Shown one piece after another: positions 59,416-64,000 of a stretch of 64,000 bases of DNA (its first letter is position 1; every line of letters begins with the position of its first letter). A program made the position numbers and the translations under genes. The DNA lies in assembly GCA_036278915.1 (NCBI GenBank), contig DASUKB010000001.1, forward strand, positions 91,892 to 155,891, in the 5' to 3' direction. The notes under the pieces are model-generated. The model was not told the origin of the DNA. It worked only from the letters and a program-made list of their open reading frames with translations, and ran no database searches. This DNA is from Patescibacteria group bacterium. Its GTDB lineage: Bacteria; Patescibacteriota; Doudnabacteria; UBA920; O2-02-FULL-48-8.

Positions 59416-59856
59416 ATGAGTATTATAGACCGCATCAAAGGCAAGAAGGACGAAGCTCCGAAGAAAGCTTCCAAGAAATCCCCGAAAAAGCAAGAGGATG
59501 TTTTGTCCATGGTTCAGGAAGAAACTCCGACTGCGGAAAAAACCGAGACGGTGCTAAAAGAGGACACCGGCCGCGCGCATCATATCCTTTTAAATTATCA
59601 CTTGTCGGAAAAATCCAACCTTTTGTCTACTTTCGGTCGCTATGTGTTTAAGGTTTCGCGACATGCCAACAAGCTTGAGGTTCGAAAGGCGGTGGAAAAG
59701 GTATATGATGTACATGTCGTGAGCGTAAATATCGTTCGCAGCCGCGGCAAGGTTCGCAGATCGGGACGAGTTGTCGGCAAAACTTCCGACTGGAAAAAAG
59801 CTTATGTGACTCTTAAAGAAGGAGAAAAGATCAGCGGGTTAGCAGAAGGAGTATAA
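59416..59856 (+). CDS. rplW: 50S ribosomal protein L23 (N-terminal extension)
   Basis: SEK, YVFKV, WKKAYVTL. Confidence 0.95.
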   Translation: MSIIDRIKGKKDEAPKKASKKSPKKQEDVLSMVQEETPTAEKTETVLKEDTGRAHHILLNYHLSEKSNLLSTFGRYVFKVSRHANKLEVRKAVEKVYDVHVVSVNIVRSRGKVRRSGRVVGKTSDWKKAYVTLKEGEKISGLAEGV

Positions 59857-59882
59857 ACAGTTTTTAATTACTAATTTCTAAG

Positions 59883-60713
59883 ATGGCTATCAAGATTTAC
59901 AAACCAACTTCAGCAGGACGCAGAATCCACTCGGTGACTGACTATTCCGTACTGACTAGAAACGCGAAGGCTCCGCGGAGTTTGGTTGTGTCCCAGAAGA
60001 ACTCTGCCGGACGAAACAACCAGGGCAAAATCACTATACGCCATCGCGGCGGCGGACATAAAACCCGCACACGGATAATTGATTTTATGCGCGAGAAGAT
60101 GAACATTCCGGCCCGTGTCCAGACTTTGGAATACGACCCGGGACGATCGGCTTTTATCTCGCTTTTGGCTTATAAAGATGGTGAGAAGCGCTATATTTTA
60201 GCACCCGACGGCACCAAAATCGGCGAAGTTTTGATGACTTCCGAACGCGCAGACATTAAACCCGGCAACCGGATGATGATGAAAAATATCCCGGTCGGCA
60301 CCAACATTCACAACATTGAACTGATCCAAGGCCGCGGCGGCCGCATGGCTCGCGCTGCTGGGACTTATGCTATAATTCAGTCTTCCGAAGGGGATTATGT
60401 GACTTTGAAGATGCCTTCAGGAGAAATTCGCAAAATTGCTTCGAATTGCTATGCTACTGTCGGTCAGGTTTCAAACACCGACTGGATGTACGTTCGTATC
60501 GGCAAAGCGGGCCGTACCAGGCATATGGGAATTCGCCCTACTGTGCGCGGCAAAGCCATGAACCCGATAGATCACCCGCATGGCGGCGGCGAAGGACACA
60601 ACCCGATTGGTTTGAAATATCCAAAAACGCCTTGGGGCAAACACGCATTGGGCGTGCGCACCCGCAACCCGAAGAAAGCTTCCGGCAAATTTATACTCCA
60701 GCGGAGAAAGTAA
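59883..60713 (+). CDS. rplB: 50S ribosomal protein L2
   Basis: GRNNQG, EYDPGR, MNPIDHPHGGGEG. Confidence 0.99.
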   Translation: MAIKIYKPTSAGRRIHSVTDYSVLTRNAKAPRSLVVSQKNSAGRNNQGKITIRHRGGGHKTRTRIIDFMREKMNIPARVQTLEYDPGRSAFISLLAYKDGEKRYILAPDGTKIGEVLMTSERADIKPGNRMMMKNIPVGTNIHNIELIQGRGGRMARAAGTYAIIQSSEGDYVTLKMPSGEIRKIASNCYATVGQVSNTDWMYVRIGKAGRTRHMGIRPTVRGKAMNPIDHPHGGGEGHNPIGLKYPKTPWGKHALGVRTRNPKKASGKFILQRRK

Positions 60714-60714
60714 T

Positions 60715-61179
60715 ATGAAATTTTTAATCTCAATTGTCGCTATATTGTTAGTTTCTGCCGCTTGCAACCAGCAGCCCACAGTAAGTCAGCAGAATAATTC
60801 AGATACGACTGCTGTTACTACAACGCAATCTACCCAAACATCTCAGCAATCTTCCGAGTCGTCCAACCAGACTAATGACCAAGGCCAAGCTTCTTCCGCC
60901 ACTGTCAGAATTGATTCACTTGCTCCAACTTCCGCAGCCATAGGAGCACAAGTTGCGGTCAAAGGCGCTGGATTTACCGAAACCGATAATACGATCAATG
61001 AAGGCGGTATAGAACTGACAGGAATTACTTCCAATGGCACCTCGCTTGTATTTACAGTTTCCAGCTGTCCGACCTACGCGCCAAGATGTCCAGGACATTT
61101 ATTGGCTGGGCCAATCCAAATATCTATTACAAACGCAAATGGCAATTCTAATTCAGTAACCCTCAACGTAACCGAATAA
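60715..61179 (+). CDS. Putative lipoprotein with Ser/Thr/Gln linker and IPT/TIG-like domain
   Basis: Lipobox-like SAAC; IDSLAP...G..V...GAGF...ITNANG.SN. Confidence 0.75.
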   Translation: MKFLISIVAILLVSAACNQQPTVSQQNNSDTTAVTTTQSTQTSQQSSESSNQTNDQGQASSATVRIDSLAPTSAAIGAQVAVKGAGFTETDNTINEGGIELTGITSNGTSLVFTVSSCPTYAPRCPGHLLAGPIQISITNANGNSNSVTLNVTE

Positions 61180-61182
61180 TTT

Positions 61183-61506
61183 ATGTCACGATCACTTAAA
61201 AAAGGACCGTTTATAGATCCCAAGCTCTGGGAAAAAGTCAAAAATGCCAAACCGGGCATGAATACGCAGATTAAAACCTGGTCGCGCGATTCTACTATTT
61301 TCCCGGAAATGGTCGGCATGAGTTTTTTGGTGCATAACGGCAAGACTTTTATCACCGTCAGCTGCAGTGAAAATATGGTTGGACACAAGCTTGGTGAATT
61401 TTCCCCAACACGCAAATTTATCCGACACGGCGGCAAGATGGCCAAAGAAGAGGCTCAAGCCGCTGCGGCCAAGGAAGCTCCGGCTCCGGCAGCTCCCAAG
61501 AAATAA
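61183..61506 (+). CDS. rpsS: 30S ribosomal protein S19
   Basis: [19 protein letters not shown]. Confidence 0.98.
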   Translation: MSRSLKKGPFIDPKLWEKVKNAKPGMNTQIKTWSRDSTIFPEMVGMSFLVHNGKTFITVSCSENMVGHKLGEFSPTRKFIRHGGKMAKEEAQAAAAKEAPAPAAPKK

Positions 61507-61518
61507 TTTTTAATTTTT

Positions 61519-62133
61519 ATGGCACAAGAGGCAAGACTTAAAACCAATACCGCAACCTCCAAGACTGCTCCGATTGAAAAACAGCAGGTCAAGGCTTTTG
61601 CGCGTTTCATCCAGGTTTCGCCGCAGAAGATGCGGCTCTTGGCTGACATGGTGCGCAATACACCAGTGTCTTATGCTTTAGAACAGCTGGAATTTTCTCC
61701 TAAGAAAGCCTCCGTGCCAATGATTAAAGTTATAAATTCCGCGATTGCCAACGCCGTACACAACTTTAGTCTCCGTAAGGAAGATTTATTTATCAAAACC
61801 TTGACCGTGGATGGCGGACCGGTGCTCAAACGGTTCCGACCGCGCGCGCAGGGGCGTGCAGGTGCTATCCATAAACGAACCAGCCACATTAATGTTGTAT
61901 TGGAAGAGCGTGCTGGCGGCAAGCGCACAGCCAGATCAATATTTGCCCGTATCCGTCCAACCAAAACGACCCGCACACAGGAACACAAGCACGATCACGA
62001 TACGGAAGTTGAAGAAGGACAGACCTCCGCGCCAAAACAGCAGCACACTCAAGCTCCTAAAACTGGTGAAGCTAAAAAGACGCAGAAGATTTCACTCAAG
62101 CGAAGATTATTTAACCGCAAATCAGGACAATAG
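61519..62133 (+). CDS. rplV: 50S ribosomal protein L22 (terminal extensions)
   Basis: SPQKMR, SAIANA, RAQGRA, TSHI. Confidence 0.96.
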   Translation: MAQEARLKTNTATSKTAPIEKQQVKAFARFIQVSPQKMRLLADMVRNTPVSYALEQLEFSPKKASVPMIKVINSAIANAVHNFSLRKEDLFIKTLTVDGGPVLKRFRPRAQGRAGAIHKRTSHINVVLEERAGGKRTARSIFARIRPTKTTRTQEHKHDHDTEVEEGQTSAPKQQHTQAPKTGEAKKTQKISLKRRLFNRKSGQ

Positions 62134-62138
62134 ACTAT

Positions 62139-62801
62139 ATGGGACAGAAGGTTAACGCCAACAGCTTAAGACTTAACATTACCGATACTTGGAAATCCAG
62201 GTGGCTTTCCAAAACCAACTTTTCCAAATTTTTGGAAGAGGATACGCGAATCCGGGCATTCCTGTCAAAGGAACTTAAAAAAGCCGGACTGGTCAGAATT
62301 GATATCGAGCGTTTTGCCAATACTACTGCCATCACCATAAAGACTACAAAGCCAGGCATGATTATCGGCAAAGGCGGCGGCGGGATTGAAGACCTCAAGA
62401 AAAAGTTGGCCAAACACCTTGGTTACAAGCTAGATGTTAAGATCAATATTGAAGAAGTGCGGGACGTCAACTTGCAGGCACAGGTAATCGCCCAAGACAT
62501 AGCAGACCAGATCGAGCGCCGTATAGCATTTCGCCGCGCCATGAAGCAGTCTATTGAACGGATAATGGAAGCCGGTGCTTTGGGAGTGAAGATTGAATGC
62601 GCGGGCCGCCTGGGAGGCGCAGAAATTGCGCGCACTGAGCGGTTGTTTAAGGGAAAGCTGCCTTTGCATACCCTGCGGGCCAATATTGACTTTGCTCGGA
62701 TCACAGCCTACACCACTTATGGAACAATAGGTGTGAAGGTTTGGATCAATAAAGGCGAAGTGTTTGCACAAGGAAAGCCCGGAAAAATTTCTAATTCCTA
62801 A
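62139..62801 (+). CDS. rpsC: 30S ribosomal protein S3
   Basis: MGQKV, GRLGGAEIAR, GVKVWI. Confidence 0.98.
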   Translation: MGQKVNANSLRLNITDTWKSRWLSKTNFSKFLEEDTRIRAFLSKELKKAGLVRIDIERFANTTAITIKTTKPGMIIGKGGGGIEDLKKKLAKHLGYKLDVKINIEEVRDVNLQAQVIAQDIADQIERRIAFRRAMKQSIERIMEAGALGVKIECAGRLGGAEIARTERLFKGKLPLHTLRANIDFARITAYTTYGTIGVKVWINKGEVFAQGKPGKISNS

Positions 62802-62818
62802 TTTCTAATTGACCGATT

Positions 62819-63232
62819 ATGTTAATCCCCAAGAAAGTTAAACATCGCAAACAGCACCGCGGACGCTCGACTGGCAAAGCTATGTCCGGCAATTTCGTGG
62901 CGTTTGGGAGTTTCGGACTCAAGTCTATGGAAAATTCTTGGATTACAAGTCGGCAGATTGAAGCCGCGCGCCGCGCAATGACCCGCTATATTCAGCGTGG
63001 CGGCAAGGTTTGGATACGTATTTTTCCGGATAAATCTGTGACTTCGCACGGCAATGAATCTCCTATGGGCACCGGCAAAGGCGCGGTGGACCACTTTGTG
63101 GCTGTGGTGCAGAAAGGCCGGATACTATTTGAGATGGACGGCGTGACTGCCGAACAGGCCGCTGAAGCCATGCGATTAGCTTCTCACAAGCTGCCGGTGA
63201 AGACGAAATTTATACTCAGGAGTCAGCAATAA
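62819..63232 (+). CDS. rplP: 50S ribosomal protein L16
   Basis: [20 protein letters not shown]. Confidence 0.98.
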   Translation: MLIPKKVKHRKQHRGRSTGKAMSGNFVAFGSFGLKSMENSWITSRQIEAARRAMTRYIQRGGKVWIRIFPDKSVTSHGNESPMGTGKGAVDHFVAVVQKGRILFEMDGVTAEQAAEAMRLASHKLPVKTKFILRSQQ

Positions 63233-63233
63233 T

Positions 63234-63437
63234 ATGAAGATGAAAGAACTGCGAGCCCGAAACCAGAATGAACTGATTAAAACACTTTCGACCTTACGCG
63301 AACAGGTGCGCGACCTCAAATTTAAAGTCCATTCCAAGGAAGTTAAGGATTCCCACCGGCTGAAAAATGTCCGGCAGGATATTGCCAGAATTTTGACGAT
63401 TTTAAACGAGCCTGAATCGGACTCGCAGAAGGCATAA
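63234..63437 (+). CDS. rpmC: 50S ribosomal protein L29
   Basis: ELR...RQDIARILT; operon position. Confidence 0.93.
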   Translation: MKMKELRARNQNELIKTLSTLREQVRDLKFKVHSKEVKDSHRLKNVRQDIARILTILNEPESDSQKA

Positions 63438-63442
63438 ATTTT

Positions 63443-63682
63443 ATGAGCAAACGAACACTAATCGGCATAGTAGAATCCGCTAAAATGACCCAAACCGTGA
63501 TTGTGAAAGTGGGATCGATAAAAGTCCATCCCAAATACCACAAACGGTTCCAGGTCACGAAAAAATACCCGGCGCACAACGAACTTGCCGACATTAAAGC
63601 CGGAGACCGCGTGGAAATCGAGGAAAGCAAGCCGTACTCCAAAACAGTTAATTGGAACGTAGTTAAAAAGTTAGAAAGTTAA
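63443..63682 (+). CDS. rpsQ: 30S ribosomal protein S17
   Basis: KMTQTV, HPKY, PYSK. Confidence 0.96.
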   Translation: MSKRTLIGIVESAKMTQTVIVKVGSIKVHPKYHKRFQVTKKYPAHNELADIKAGDRVEIEESKPYSKTVNWNVVKKLES

Positions 63683-63734
63683 AAAGTTAGAAAGACTTTT
63701 AAACCTTCGAACTTTCAAACCTTTAAACATTCAT

Positions 63735-64000
63735 ATGATTCAGCTTAGAACCAGATTAAAAGTAGCAGACAACACTGGCGCCAGAGAATTGGCAGTGTTC
63801 GGCGTGTCCGGCAAGAATCACCGCCGCTGGGCTCGTTTGGGCGATGTTGTGGCCGCTTCCGTAAAGATCGCAAGCCCAAAAGGCCAGGTTAAAAAAGGCG
63901 ACAAAGTCTATGCTGTTATTGTCCGCACTCATAAAGAAGTTCGCCGACCCGACGGATCATATATACGGTTTGACGATAACGCTGCAGTGCTCGTGGCCAA
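63735..64000 (+). CDS. rplN: 50S ribosomal protein L14 (3'-partial)
   Basis: [16 protein letters not shown]...RFDDNAAV. Confidence 0.97.
   Translation, partial: MIQLRTRLKVADNTGARELAVFGVSGKNHRRWARLGDVVAASVKIASPKGQVKKGDKVYAVIVRTHKEVRRPDGSYIRFDDNAAVLVA

Overview
64-kb bacterial chromosomal segment, almost all + strand, genetic code 11 (TGA, TAG and TAA all end conserved genes). Gene content, mostly SD-less core genes and intergenic repeat style suggest a CPR/Patescibacteria genome (inference). Core genes: pnp (5'-partial), tgt, glyS, metG, leuS, tsaC, glyA, nfo, tatD, parB, rpmB, two tRNAs and the str/S10 clusters (rpsL to rplN), interrupted by accessory genes. Main leads: (1) four dispersed copies of a ~105-nt covarying multi-stem element with tandem GA/GA pairs on the minus strand; (2) three 28-bp dif/lox-like sites delimiting an AT-rich defence island; (3) a synonymously diverged mini-copy of the GlyRS N-terminus upstream of glyS; (4) a leader-peptide attenuator before orphan genes; (5) five small membrane paralogues before an amber-interrupted secreted lipase; (6) SD-led mini-cassettes, some encoding stand-alone pieces of core proteins; (7) EF-G with NKIN in place of NKxD. 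All family calls are from motif recognition by eye; no searches were run.
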